From an uncultured Acidobacteriota bacterium (GTDB lineage: Bacteria; Acidobacteriota; Terriglobia; Acidiferrales; UBA7541): a stretch of DNA of 32,000 nt. The position numbers and the translations under genes were made by a program. The first letter of the stretch is position 1; each line of letters opens with the position of its first letter. Shown here one piece after another: positions 14,682-26,055 of the stretch. The stretch is from the NCBI GenBank assembly GCA_963800095.1, contig CAWCZV010000016.1, forward strand, positions 100,728-132,727. The letters run 5' to 3'. A model generated the notes under the pieces. It was given only the letters and a program-made list of their open reading frames with translations, searched no databases and was not told the DNA's origin.

Positions 14682-15491
14682 ATGCGAAATATTAAGTTCA
14701 CCATCGCTTACGACGGGACGGATTTTAGCGGCTGGCAGGCCCAGCCGGGGCAGTCCACGGTTCAGGGTGCGCTGACGGATGTTCTGGAAAAGCTGACCCA
14801 GCGCCGGCTGACGACCTACGCCGCGGGACGCACCGATGCCGGCGTACACGCGGCGGGGCAAGTCGTGAATTTCAGAACGCAATCGCCCATGACTACGGGA
14901 GAGTTTCAGCACGCCTTCAATTCTTTGTTGCCGCCCTCCATCCGTGTGAATGCCGCGGAGGAGGTTGGTCCGGATTTCCACTCGCGCTGGGACGCGCTGG
15001 CGAAGACTTACCGGTACCGGATTTTTCGCGGCCGCGTTGTTCCGCCCTTCCTGTGGAGATATGTGCAGCATGATCCCTACGAGCTGAATTTTGATGCGAT
15101 GGCCGAAGCGGCTGGCCATTTTATCGGCGAGCATGACTTCACCACCTTTGCGGCCTCGACGGGTTCGGACGAAGACGACCGCGAGCGGACGACGGTTCGG
15201 ACGATCTATCGCTCGGAATTAGTGCGCGTGCCGAACGGCGATCCTCGCGGCGGAGCGGAAGAATGGGTTTACGTGGTTCGCGGAAAATCATTCATGCGCC
15301 ACATGGTGAGGAAGATGCTCGGAACGCTGGTCGAGGTCGGGCGCGGGAAACTCGTTCCGGGCGATTTGCCGGAATTGATTGCGGTGCGCGATCGCTCGAA
15401 ATCCGGCCCCACCATGCCGCCGCAGGGACTTTGTCTCGAAAGTGTGGAGTATCCGGACCCCGCGAATTCGTTGGGTTCGAGCGTTAAGTAG
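14682..15491 (+). CDS. truA: tRNA pseudouridine(38-40) synthase
   Basis: IAYDGTDFSGWQ N-terminal motif and catalytic-Asp motif AGRTDAGVHA. I prefer the ATG at 14682, because the ORF-track GTG at 14658 lies inside the inverted-repeat arm. Confidence 0.88.
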   Translation: MRNIKFTIAYDGTDFSGWQAQPGQSTVQGALTDVLEKLTQRRLTTYAAGRTDAGVHAAGQVVNFRTQSPMTTGEFQHAFNSLLPPSIRVNAAEEVGPDFHSRWDALAKTYRYRIFRGRVVPPFLWRYVQHDPYELNFDAMAEAAGHFIGEHDFTTFAASTGSDEDDRERTTVRTIYRSELVRVPNGDPRGGAEEWVYVVRGKSFMRHMVRKMLGTLVEVGRGKLVPGDLPELIAVRDRSKSGPTMPPQGLCLESVEYPDPANSLGSSVK

Positions 15492-15578
15492 CACAGCCAT
15501 ACGCCGCGGCGGAGCTGTGTGCCTTCGTTAAGTGTTGGAAAAACCGCACAGCTCCGCCGCGGCGTATGGCTGTGCTAC
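15488..15578. repeat. Perfect 32-bp REPIN whose GTAG head overlaps the truA stop codon
   Basis: GTAGCACAGCCATACGCCGCGGCGGAGCTGTG at 15488-15519 and its exact reverse complement at 15547-15578, with a 27-nt spacer. The TAG of truA is 15489-15491. Confidence 0.85.
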
Positions 15579-15682
15579 CAAAGTCGCGCTTGGTTTCGGT
15601 GGAAGGGTTCGAGTAAGATACAAAAGAGACACGCAGGAATCGATCCCGAACGCGTATCCTGACCAGAGAGGGGAAACGACGA

Positions 15683-16024
15683 ATGGCCGAGGAGACCACA
15701 CCGCAAGGCGCATCACCGGCAGCCCCGCCCCCGGCGCCTCCCGCAACTCCGCCCGCTGCTACGGCGGCTCCCGCTCCCCCTGCGACGGAAACCGCGCCGC
15801 CGGAACAGAAAATCAAAGTGCGCAAGCCCAGGCAGCGCTCCTGCGATGAAAAAGATGCCAAGGGGAAACTGTGCGCCGGGCATCTCAAGCGGTGGTACGA
15901 CTATCCAAAGGAAGTGCAGGCCAGGATCGGGAAGGACACGGAAATTTATCGCTGCGAATTTTGCAAAACGCTTTACAAGCCCGACCCGAAGCAAATGCCG
16001 CACAGCTTTACGTTGCGCTATTAG
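15683..16024 (+). CDS. Hypothetical small protein: Pro/Ala-rich N-terminus plus C-terminal 4-Cys zinc-ribbon-like module
   Basis: 113 aa. ATG is preceded by GAGAGGGGA. The Cys pattern C-x10-C ... CxxC (SCDEKDAKGKLCAGH...YRCEFCKTLY) is present. No family was recognised. Confidence 0.6.
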   Translation: MAEETTPQGASPAAPPPAPPATPPAATAAPAPPATETAPPEQKIKVRKPRQRSCDEKDAKGKLCAGHLKRWYDYPKEVQARIGKDTEIYRCEFCKTLYKPDPKQMPHSFTLRY

Positions 16025-16031
16025 TGTTCCT

Positions 16032-16102
16032 GTGGCGCCCGTCCGCCGCGGCGGACGGGCATGTGCTTGATCCCCAAGAGCCAACCTGAAGGTTGGCGCT
16101 AC
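16032..16102. repeat. Two head-out REPs of different stem classes (BIME-like pair)
   Basis: GTGGCGCC-CGTCCGCCGCGGCGGACGGGC at 16032-16060 contains a 24-nt perfect palindrome at 16037-16060. On the opposite strand, GTAGCGCCAACCTTCAGGTTGGCTC lies at 16078-16102. The first may also act as a terminator for the 15683-16024 gene. Confidence 0.7.
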
Positions 16103-16311
16103 AAATAGTCCGACGCTCCGACGCAGACTCTGTCGGCCGGCTCGAAACAGCGAGCGCACTACGTAAGGGGCCTGATCCACAACTGAAACAAGGCAGAACT
16201 ACCGGCCAGATGTCCTGAAGAGGTCTCATGTTATTCAATTGTTGCGGCAGTCAGGCGAGTGCGAACCATCCCTCCGAGAAGAGGGCAGATGCCCGCGCGG
16301 CCGAGTAAGCC

Positions 16312-17583
16312 GTGAAACGTTTCCTCATACTACTTACGGCGGGAGTGGCAGTGACTTCGTTCATTCAGAATTTTTCTCGAAAGGCGGCCGCCTCGGATGC
16401 GCCGAACGATCCCCGCATCGCGCGCGTATTGGAAATCCTCCGCGGCAGCGCGAACGCGGCGACCGAAGAACAAATTCGCATTACGGAAATTCCCGCGCCG
16501 CCGTTCCAGGAGAGTGTGCGCGCCGCGTACATGAAAAAAGTGCTGGCCTCCACGGGCCTGCGCGCGGAAATGGACGACACTGGAAATGTCATCGGCGAAT
16601 GGCCCGGATCGTCGCCTGACATTGTGATGCTGACCGCCCATCTGGACACTGTGTTTCCCGCGGGAACCGATGTGCACGTCAAGCGCGAAGGCGGCAGGCT
16701 CCTCGCTCCGGGAATCTCGGATAACGGGACGGGGCTGGCGGCGCTCGTCGCGCTGTCAAAAGCCTTCCGCGAAGCGAAAATCAAAACCACCAAAACAATC
16801 TTATTCGTCGCGGACGTAGGCGAAGAAGGCGAGGGAAATCTTCGCGGGATGCGCGCGCTCGTGGACGCCTATAAAAAGCGCTTGAAGTATGTTCTGGCCC
16901 TGGACGGGTCGGCCACCGAATATGTGACGACGGCCGCGCTGGCCTCGCGCCGCGTGGAAATCACGATCACGGGGCCGGGCGGACACAGCTGGTCGGACTT
17001 TGGCGCGCCGAATCCGATCCATGCGATGGGGCGGGGAATTGGACGGTTCGTCACGGCGCATGTGCCGGAATCGCCGCGCACCAGTTTCAACATCGGCGAG
17101 ATCGAGGGCGGCACATCGGTGAATTCGATTCCGTCGAGCGCGCACATGAAAGTGGATTTGCGCTCCGAATCGGAGACGGAGCTCGCCGCGCTGGAAACCC
17201 TTTTGCGCGACGCCGTCAAGGCGGGCGTTGACGAAGAAATGTCTGCCGCGCGCGAGCGCGGCATGGCGGGCAGCTCCAACATGTTGAATCTGAAAATCAA
17301 TGTGTTGGGAGTGAGACCCGCGGGCGAACTCCCGGAAAATTCGCCGCTCCTCGCCGCATTGCTGGCGGCCGACAACCAGCTCGGCAATCGTTCCCGCCGG
17401 GAACGCTCTTCCACGGACGCAAATATTCCACTCTCGGTGGGAATCCATGCCATTTCGCTCGGCGCAGGCGGACGCAGCGGCGGCGCTCACACCCTCGAAG
17501 AATGGTACGACCCCGCAGGCAGGGAACTCGGCCTGCAGCGCGTCGCCTTGACCGTGCTTGGCGTCGCCGGCCTGGAACCGTAA
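16312..17583 (+). CDS. M20 family metallopeptidase (peptidase T / deacylase-like), secreted
   Basis: 423 aa with GTG start and a signal-like N-terminus. M20 metal-binding motifs are present: HLDTVFP, SDNGTGLAALV, ADVGEEGEGNLRG. Confidence 0.8.
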   Translation: MKRFLILLTAGVAVTSFIQNFSRKAAASDAPNDPRIARVLEILRGSANAATEEQIRITEIPAPPFQESVRAAYMKKVLASTGLRAEMDDTGNVIGEWPGSSPDIVMLTAHLDTVFPAGTDVHVKREGGRLLAPGISDNGTGLAALVALSKAFREAKIKTTKTILFVADVGEEGEGNLRGMRALVDAYKKRLKYVLALDGSATEYVTTAALASRRVEITITGPGGHSWSDFGAPNPIHAMGRGIGRFVTAHVPESPRTSFNIGEIEGGTSVNSIPSSAHMKVDLRSESETELAALETLLRDAVKAGVDEEMSAARERGMAGSSNMLNLKINVLGVRPAGELPENSPLLAALLAADNQLGNRSRRERSSTDANIPLSVGIHAISLGAGGRSGGAHTLEEWYDPAGRELGLQRVALTVLGVAGLEP

Positions 17584-17641
17584 GCATTTCTTTCGGAATA
17601 GCACTCGACCCAAAACCCAGACCCTCTAAAAACGAGAGGGT

Positions 17642-17707
17642 CCGCCACCCGAAAATTCAAAACCGCCCCAAAGTCTGTGCCACCCGCCACCCGGAAGTTC
17701 AAAACCG
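17642..17707 (+). repeat. Two 24-bp direct repeats, period 42 (plus a degenerate third copy near 17719-17735)
   Basis: CCGCCACCCGAAAATTCAAAACCG at 17642-17665 and CCGCCACCCGGAAGTTCAAAACCG at 17684-17707 (22/24 identical). They are preceded by an 8-bp hairpin at 17620-17642. Confidence 0.7.
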
Positions 17708-17736
17708 ACTCGAACCCTGGCCCACCCGCCATCAGG

Positions 17737-18345
17737 TCACATAAGCTTTCTATAACACAAGGGCAGTACAATCACCAACACACCGAGGGTGGCAATAATA
17801 CCAGCCCAATACTGAGATAAAATATATAAGTAGGGCAGAGACTCCCACGTTTCTGGCGCGGCGTCCACCATGATTTGCGGATGCCGACTATTTAGGTCGC
17901 CTGCATCTCGATGTACCTTAAAAACTATTCTCTGGCGGGAGTTACGATGACCCTGAAATTCTGCGAAGCCGATTTTGGCGCCGCTTATACTCGTGGGCTC
18001 GTAAGACCCGCCCTGTATAACTGCTCCTTCGGCGGAGATGATCTGCCACTCAAAATCGACGGCTTGCTTTACATCGCCGCAATTCCATACGCTACCGACT
18101 CCCATCATGCATTGTTCTACGGTCAAATCGTGCCCTCGCAAAGGGTCAGATGCCAAGCTCACCAGATAGCGAGCATCCAGGTCGGTAGTGAATTCCGGCA
18201 GTTAGATTTCACCAGGCTTGAGAGTAATCTGAACATTCAGAGGCGTCCAATTGTGGGCGTGTACCATGTATTCAGCGAAAAGGAGCGGACCAACTCCAAG
18301 CAGTATGATTCCAATTCCGATTTTAGTATGTAGCGCGACCTTCAT
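17737..18345 (-). pseudogene. Membrane-anchored hypothetical protein gene interrupted by one in-frame TAA (codon 48)
   Basis: ATG at 18345 has GAGGTG 9 nt upstream and encodes an N-terminal TM helix (IGIGIILLGVGPLLFAEYMV). A TAA lies at 18202-18204. The same frame then continues without a shift into the 141-aa ORF at 17737-18162, which ends in a second TM helix. The GTG at 18162 has no SD. Confidence 0.55.
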
Positions 18346-18639
18346 ATCAGGCCCCACCTCGATTTCAAAAGTCGCTGTCAGTTCCTATGCATTTCAGCAC
18401 TGAAGCATTAGCGGCAGAGGACCACTAATATAGCTATCCGAACGACTAGCCCTCAATCGGTAAAATGCGGCCACCGTCAATATCGGGACATAAGCACATT
18501 TGCACACCATGGAATTATCCTGGATTGGTCGCAAATCTTTGTTTGTCGCGGGTGGCCCGCCCTTTCGCGATCCTCGGAATCGTATGACCTCCACACTGTT
18601 TAATACTACTCCCGCACGTCTACTCGCGGTTAAGATTCT

Positions 18640-18764
18640 GAACTTGGGGTGCCCCGTCCTTGACGCTCTTCAAGGACGGGGCTTTTGCTTCGGCTTGCCA
18701 CGCAGAGAGGGACAGACGAAAAAGCCCCACCCTACAAAATGCGTAGGACGGGCACCCCAAGTTC
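18640..18764. repeat. Composite ~125-bp palindromic element with a GTAG-headed end
   Basis: GAACTTGGGGTGCCCCGTCCT at 18640-18660 versus the reverse complement of GTAGGACGGGCACCCCAAGTTC at 18743-18764 (one extra C). Internal hairpins are present, and the element lies just downstream of the TPR gene stop. Confidence 0.7.
18651..18690 (+). terminator. Strong intrinsic-terminator-like hairpin on the + strand (inside the palindromic element)
   Basis: 13-bp stem GCCCCGTCCTTGA (18651-18663) / TCAAGGACGGGGC (18670-18682), a 6-nt loop, then TTTTGCTT. No + strand CDS lies immediately upstream. Confidence 0.4.
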
Positions 18765-18837
18765 AACTTCAAAGCCCAGGCCACCCACCATTTGTTGTGC
18801 GCCCCATATTCAGTTTTGAAAAGTCGTGGCGGAACTT

Positions 18838-20820
18838 TCAAGGCTGGCTGCGGAATTCAACTTCTTGCATTTCTCCGTCCCAGGATCTTCCCGAAACGAG
18901 GAGGTAGGAAATACGCGCGGTGCGGCCGCGCAGGCTCGCGCAGGTCGTGCCTTTCGGGGCGGAAGCCGAGCCGGCGGACTTGATCGATACTTTCTCCAGA
19001 TTGTCCGAATGGAGCTTCATGGTGATCGTTTGCGCTTTCAGCGTGACCTGGATTTGCGGCGCGCCTGAGCAATTCACATCCGTGATGGTGCCCAACATCG
19101 AATATACCTTGGAGGATTCGGCGAAAAGTGGAGGAACGGGAGCGGGAGTAGTCTTCGGGGAAGAGGGAGCAGTCGTGGTCGTGGACGGTTTCGCTTCCGG
19201 CTCCGTTTTCCGCTCGATTCGCAGGCCGGGATCGGAGGTCGGCTTTGCGGGCGCGTTGCCGGCGGAGGCGGGCGCGACCGGAGGTTGCGGTTTGGTCATT
19301 CGCGCGACGAGTTCGCCCGCTTTGTCGGCCGTGGCACGGTCGGTCGCCGATTCCTTGGCGCTCACGGCCATCTTGCGCGCTTCGTCGGGATGTCCCGCGC
19401 GATCCAGTAGCGCCGCGAGCTGCAATTGGTAGCGGGACTCTCCGGGCGCGAGCGAGGCGGCGCGCTGCGCGTCGGCCATCGCTTTCGGAAGCGTTTCATC
19501 GCGCTGCGAGTAAATCATCGCCAGGTAGTACCACGACGGAGCGAAGTCAGGATTCAGGGCCGCAGCCTTTTCAAACGCATTCGCGGCACCCGGCGGGACT
19601 CCGGTATTGCCCGCTTGGTTCATGGCCACAAGCCCCTCGCCGTAAAAATTGAGCGCGTCATTCGGATTGAGCTGCGCGGCTTTCTCGAAATGTTTTTGCG
19701 CCTCGTCCAGATCGTTTTTCTTCAAAAGGATGTAGCCCATGCTTTGCTCCGCCTCGGCGAGCGACGGTTCGTTCATCAAGGCTTCCTCAAGCTTGTCCTG
19801 CGCGTCTTCGCTCCTCCCGCGGAGGGCCAGGAAATCCGCCGTGCGCGCCTCGATTTCCGGCGCGGTAAGCGTGCGGGGAGGGATTCCGGAATCGCCCCCG
19901 CCCGCTACGGCAAGGTCAGCTGGGGCTCCACTCACATTTTTGACGAAAGCGTCAAGCTTCGCTTGCAGCTGGTTCAAATCGCCGAACGCATCGCGCGCAG
20001 CCTTCACCGAGTCCGCTCCGCTTTGGACCGAGGTGATGTACCGCTCCATGGCCTTCGTCTGAGCAAATTGCGGGTCGCTGATCAAGAGGTGCACCAAAAC
20101 GCGCGACTCCGCAAAGTACACCGAAGCTTTATTCCCAGGGCTGTAGTACGGCGAACTGCGATCCACGTGCAGGACCAGGTCGAGCGGGAGCAACGGACTC
20201 TCGGACAGGACGCTCAAATCGTCCGGATCGGGCCTCTCGAGGCGAACGCGGCGATCCGTGAACGTCACGTTGCCGTAAACCGTCGAGAAGCCTTCCTCGA
20301 GCCAGGGAGGCAAATTGCGGTAGCTGAGTTTTAGAATTTCCTTCGCGTAATTCTGAAAAATTTCCGTGTAGCGAAAACGGCCCGAGGCATTCGCGCGAAT
20401 CCCGATATATGTTTTCTCCGCGCCGATCACCATCAGCCCCGGAGGCTGGTCGTGGCGCTTGTCGTTTGGAAATTCGGGAGCCAGGTGCGCGAAGGAGTCC
20501 CCATTCCTCGCGGCGAGGATGCGCACGGGGATGCCGGTGCTGACCCGCGCAAATGGCATGGTGGACTGGAACACATGAAGAAGCGTTTCAAACTCGTCCG
20601 CAATGCGGCGCGCCGTTTTTTCTCCGCCGTCGCTGGCCACGATGAAATGTTCCGTGCGAATCTCGACCCAGGGCTCGATCTTTTCCTTCTTTTCCTTTTC
20701 CGGCTTTTTGTCCTTATCCTTGTCCGCGCCGCGCGCGGTTGGGCAAAGAAGTGCCGCGAGGAGAAACAGGCAGGCCACAATGGCCTTAGCCCGAATGGAA
20801 GTACAGAGTGAGACGATCAT
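18838..20820 (-). CDS. Secreted TPR-repeat protein with an uncharacterised N-terminal domain (DUF1570-like by eye) and a C-terminal beta-rich domain
   Basis: 660 aa with a signal peptide and a Lys/Glu/Asp-rich linker. There are multiple TPR-like repeats (AEAEQSMGYILLKKNDLDEAQKHFEKAAQLNP, ...YYLAMIYSQRD...). A Pro/Thr-rich linker precedes the C-terminal domain. Confidence 0.7.
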   Translation of the reverse strand: MIVSLCTSIRAKAIVACLFLLAALLCPTARGADKDKDKKPEKEKKEKIEPWVEIRTEHFIVASDGGEKTARRIADEFETLLHVFQSTMPFARVSTGIPVRILAARNGDSFAHLAPEFPNDKRHDQPPGLMVIGAEKTYIGIRANASGRFRYTEIFQNYAKEILKLSYRNLPPWLEEGFSTVYGNVTFTDRRVRLERPDPDDLSVLSESPLLPLDLVLHVDRSSPYYSPGNKASVYFAESRVLVHLLISDPQFAQTKAMERYITSVQSGADSVKAARDAFGDLNQLQAKLDAFVKNVSGAPADLAVAGGGDSGIPPRTLTAPEIEARTADFLALRGRSEDAQDKLEEALMNEPSLAEAEQSMGYILLKKNDLDEAQKHFEKAAQLNPNDALNFYGEGLVAMNQAGNTGVPPGAANAFEKAAALNPDFAPSWYYLAMIYSQRDETLPKAMADAQRAASLAPGESRYQLQLAALLDRAGHPDEARKMAVSAKESATDRATADKAGELVARMTKPQPPVAPASAGNAPAKPTSDPGLRIERKTEPEAKPSTTTTAPSSPKTTPAPVPPLFAESSKVYSMLGTITDVNCSGAPQIQVTLKAQTITMKLHSDNLEKVSIKSAGSASAPKGTTCASLRGRTARISYLLVSGRSWDGEMQEVEFRSQP

Positions 20821-20919
20821 GCTGTTTGAAAGCGACCCGGATCTCCGTCAGTTTACCAGACAAGCCTTCCGGCATGCGCCGGATTCATCAACTATACGAT
20901 TCCATCGCGGACGTGCAAG

Positions 20920-20948
20920 TTGCCTTTGACGCGCCGGAACAATAGACT
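20920..20948 (+). promoter_or_regulatory. Putative promoter upstream of the EamA gene (TTGCCT-17 nt-TAGACT)
   Basis: TTGCCT at 20920-20925, a 17-nt spacer, then TAGACT at 20943-20948. The -10 is the same TAGNCT type as the putative pyrE promoter. Confidence 0.25.
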
Positions 20949-21029
20949 CGATGCTTCCATGAGTCCTGCGACCGGAAAAACTGGTCCTCACAAGCGAATC
21001 CCAATCTTCGATCGGACATCGCGCACCCG

Positions 21030-21914
21030 GTGAGCCCCCGTTTCAAAGCTCATTGCGCGCTACTGCTCTGTTCTTTTTTATGGGGCGTGACCTTCGTCGT
21101 GGTGAAGGACGCCCTCGCTGACATTTCCGTATTCGGCTATCTGGCGGCGCGTTTCGTGTTGGGCTCCCTGCCGGTGATCTGGATTTACAGGAAGGACCTG
21201 CGGAACCTCACGCGCGACGAATTGTGGGCGGGCATTCAGGTCGGGCTTTTCATGTTCGGCGGTTACGCGTTCCAAACCGCAGGGATTGCCCGCACGACCC
21301 CCTCGAAAGCCGCTTTCATCACCGGATTGAGCGTCGTGCTCGTCCCTGTTTTTCTCGCCGCTTTCTGGCGAAAGAAAATCGGCGCCTGGGCCTGGGGAGG
21401 GGCGGCGGCCTCCTTTACGGGACTTTATTTCCTCACGGTGCCGAGGGAGGGACTTGGCGATCTCAATCACGGAGATTTGCTGGTGATGGGCTGCGCGGTG
21501 CTCTACGCGCTCCAAATCATCTTCATCGCGCGCTTCACCGGAAAATATTCGCTGGGAGCATTGAGCTGCCTGCAAGTGATCCTCGCGGGTGTGGGCTCCA
21601 CGATCGCCGTGCCCATCTTAAATGTGACGGGCTGGGAACATTTCTTTGTCCGCTTCACATTTCAGATGGAGTTCGGCGTGATTGTCACGGCGCTTTTCAC
21701 GACCGCCCTCGCCTATCCTCTCCTCGTGTGGGGGCAGCGTCATACCACCGCGACGAACACCGCGCTGATTCTTACCTCCGAACCCGTATTCGCCGCGATC
21801 ACTTCCTTCCTCGTGCTTCATGAAAGGCTCGGCGGAAGAGCGCTTGCCGGGGCCGTGCTGATCTTGGGCGGGATTTGCATCGCCGAATGGAAGGGAACGA
21901 TTCCTTGCTCTTGA
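21030..21914 (+). CDS. EamA/DMT-family transporter
   Basis: 294 aa with GTG start and about 10 predicted hydrophobic helices in two EamA-like halves (LWGVTFVVVKDAL...; ...ALILTSEPVFAAITSFLVLHERL). Confidence 0.8.
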   Translation: MSPRFKAHCALLLCSFLWGVTFVVVKDALADISVFGYLAARFVLGSLPVIWIYRKDLRNLTRDELWAGIQVGLFMFGGYAFQTAGIARTTPSKAAFITGLSVVLVPVFLAAFWRKKIGAWAWGGAAASFTGLYFLTVPREGLGDLNHGDLLVMGCAVLYALQIIFIARFTGKYSLGALSCLQVILAGVGSTIAVPILNVTGWEHFFVRFTFQMEFGVIVTALFTTALAYPLLVWGQRHTTATNTALILTSEPVFAAITSFLVLHERLGGRALAGAVLILGGICIAEWKGTIPCS

Positions 21915-21937
21915 AAAGGTTTTTGCGGAGCACAGTG

Positions 21938-25015
<3,078 letters not shown>

Positions 25016-25295
25016 CAGAAACAACCTTCCTTGTTCCAGTCGCCACAACACAGTTCTCGGCGTGACACAGGCATGCAGTTCTTGCCGCAACCACGTGCCC
25101 ATCCTGCCAGAGAGCTTCTTTCACTAAGTTGCTGTGTGCCTTTGGCTTGCGATCACAAGAGAAAAGATTCGGAGGAGGCCCGGCGGAAGGTTGTTCCAAA
25201 ACGGGAGAATTGGTCCTGAAAGGGACTGGAATACTTCTTCAGTCTACATTGGAAGGGACGCGGCAATCTACTCGTTTCCCTGAAACGGAGCTGAT

Positions 25296-25934
25296 TTATT
25301 TTCCGGTTGCGTATTTTGCGTCGACCGGTGAGTACATCGTGGCCCCCGGCCGATGCGATTTCTCGTATTCGGAGATTCTCGAATCTTGTTTCAGCGTGAG
25401 GCCGATTTCGTCGAGTCCCTCCAGCAGGATGTGTTTTCGGAATTCGTCGATCTCGAAGCGGCAGCTTAGCCCGTTCGAGTCGGTAACCATTTGCGCGGGC
25501 AAATCGACGGTCACGGAATAACCCTCTTGGCTCTCTGCGCGCCGGAAGAGTTCGTCGATCTGGGCTTCCGGAAGAGTTAAAGCAAGAATGCCGTTCATGA
25601 AACAGTTGCTGTAGAAAATGTCGGCGTAGGTCGGCGCGATCAGAACTCGAAAGCCATAATCGGCCACCGCCCATGGGGCGTGCTCGCGGCTGGAGCCGCA
25701 ACCGAAACCCGCGCGCGCGAGCAGGACGGATGCTCCCTTATATCGCGGCCAGTTGAGGATGAAATCCGGATTGGGCTTTTCGCCTGGGAGGTAGCGCCAG
25801 TCGTAGAACAAGACTCGGCCATAGCCCTGCTTGGTCTGGAGCTTCAGGAATTGCTTCGGCACCATTTGGTCGGTGTCGACGTTTACGCGGTCCAGGGGAA
25901 GCACCAATCCCGTATGTTTTGAAAATGGCTGCAT
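25296..25934 (-). CDS. leuD: 3-isopropylmalate dehydratase small subunit
   Basis: [30 protein letters not shown] and [10 protein letters not shown] motifs. The ATG at 25934 has GGAGA upstream; the alternative ATG at 25946 would add 4 aa. Confidence 0.9.
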   Translation of the reverse strand: MQPFSKHTGLVLPLDRVNVDTDQMVPKQFLKLQTKQGYGRVLFYDWRYLPGEKPNPDFILNWPRYKGASVLLARAGFGCGSSREHAPWAVADYGFRVLIAPTYADIFYSNCFMNGILALTLPEAQIDELFRRAESQEGYSVTVDLPAQMVTDSNGLSCRFEIDEFRKHILLEGLDEIGLTLKQDSRISEYEKSHRPGATMYSPVDAKYATGK

Positions 25935-25957
25935 TTCTATCTCCATTGCTTCTTGAT

Positions 25958-26021
25958 GTAGCCCCCGCCTTCAGGCGGGCATCTTCTGCAACCAAAATGC
26001 CCGCCTGAAGGCGGGCGCTAC
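25958..26021. repeat. REPIN-like inverted REP pair between leuC and leuD
   Basis: GTAGCCCCCGCCTTCAGGCGGGC at 25958-25980 versus the reverse complement of GTAGCGCCCGCCTTCAGGCGGGC at 25999-26021 (1 mismatch, 18-nt spacer). It has the TTCA loop with stem CCCGCC/GGCGGG. Confidence 0.8.
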
Positions 26022-26055
26022 ACATCTGCCGAACCCTCAGGCCCTAAAATGTGCG

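Noticed and set aside
17642-17707. Possible CRISPR array from the direct repeats.
   Set aside because: There are only two good 24-bp copies with an 18-nt spacer, no cas genes, and the repeat resembles other dispersed CCACCC-type repeats in the window.
18202-18204. Stop-codon reassignment or programmed readthrough of the in-frame TAA.
   Set aside because: TAA terminates other well-supported genes in the window, and no recoding signal is apparent. A pseudogene or sequencing error is more parsimonious, and readthrough is kept only as a minor alternative.
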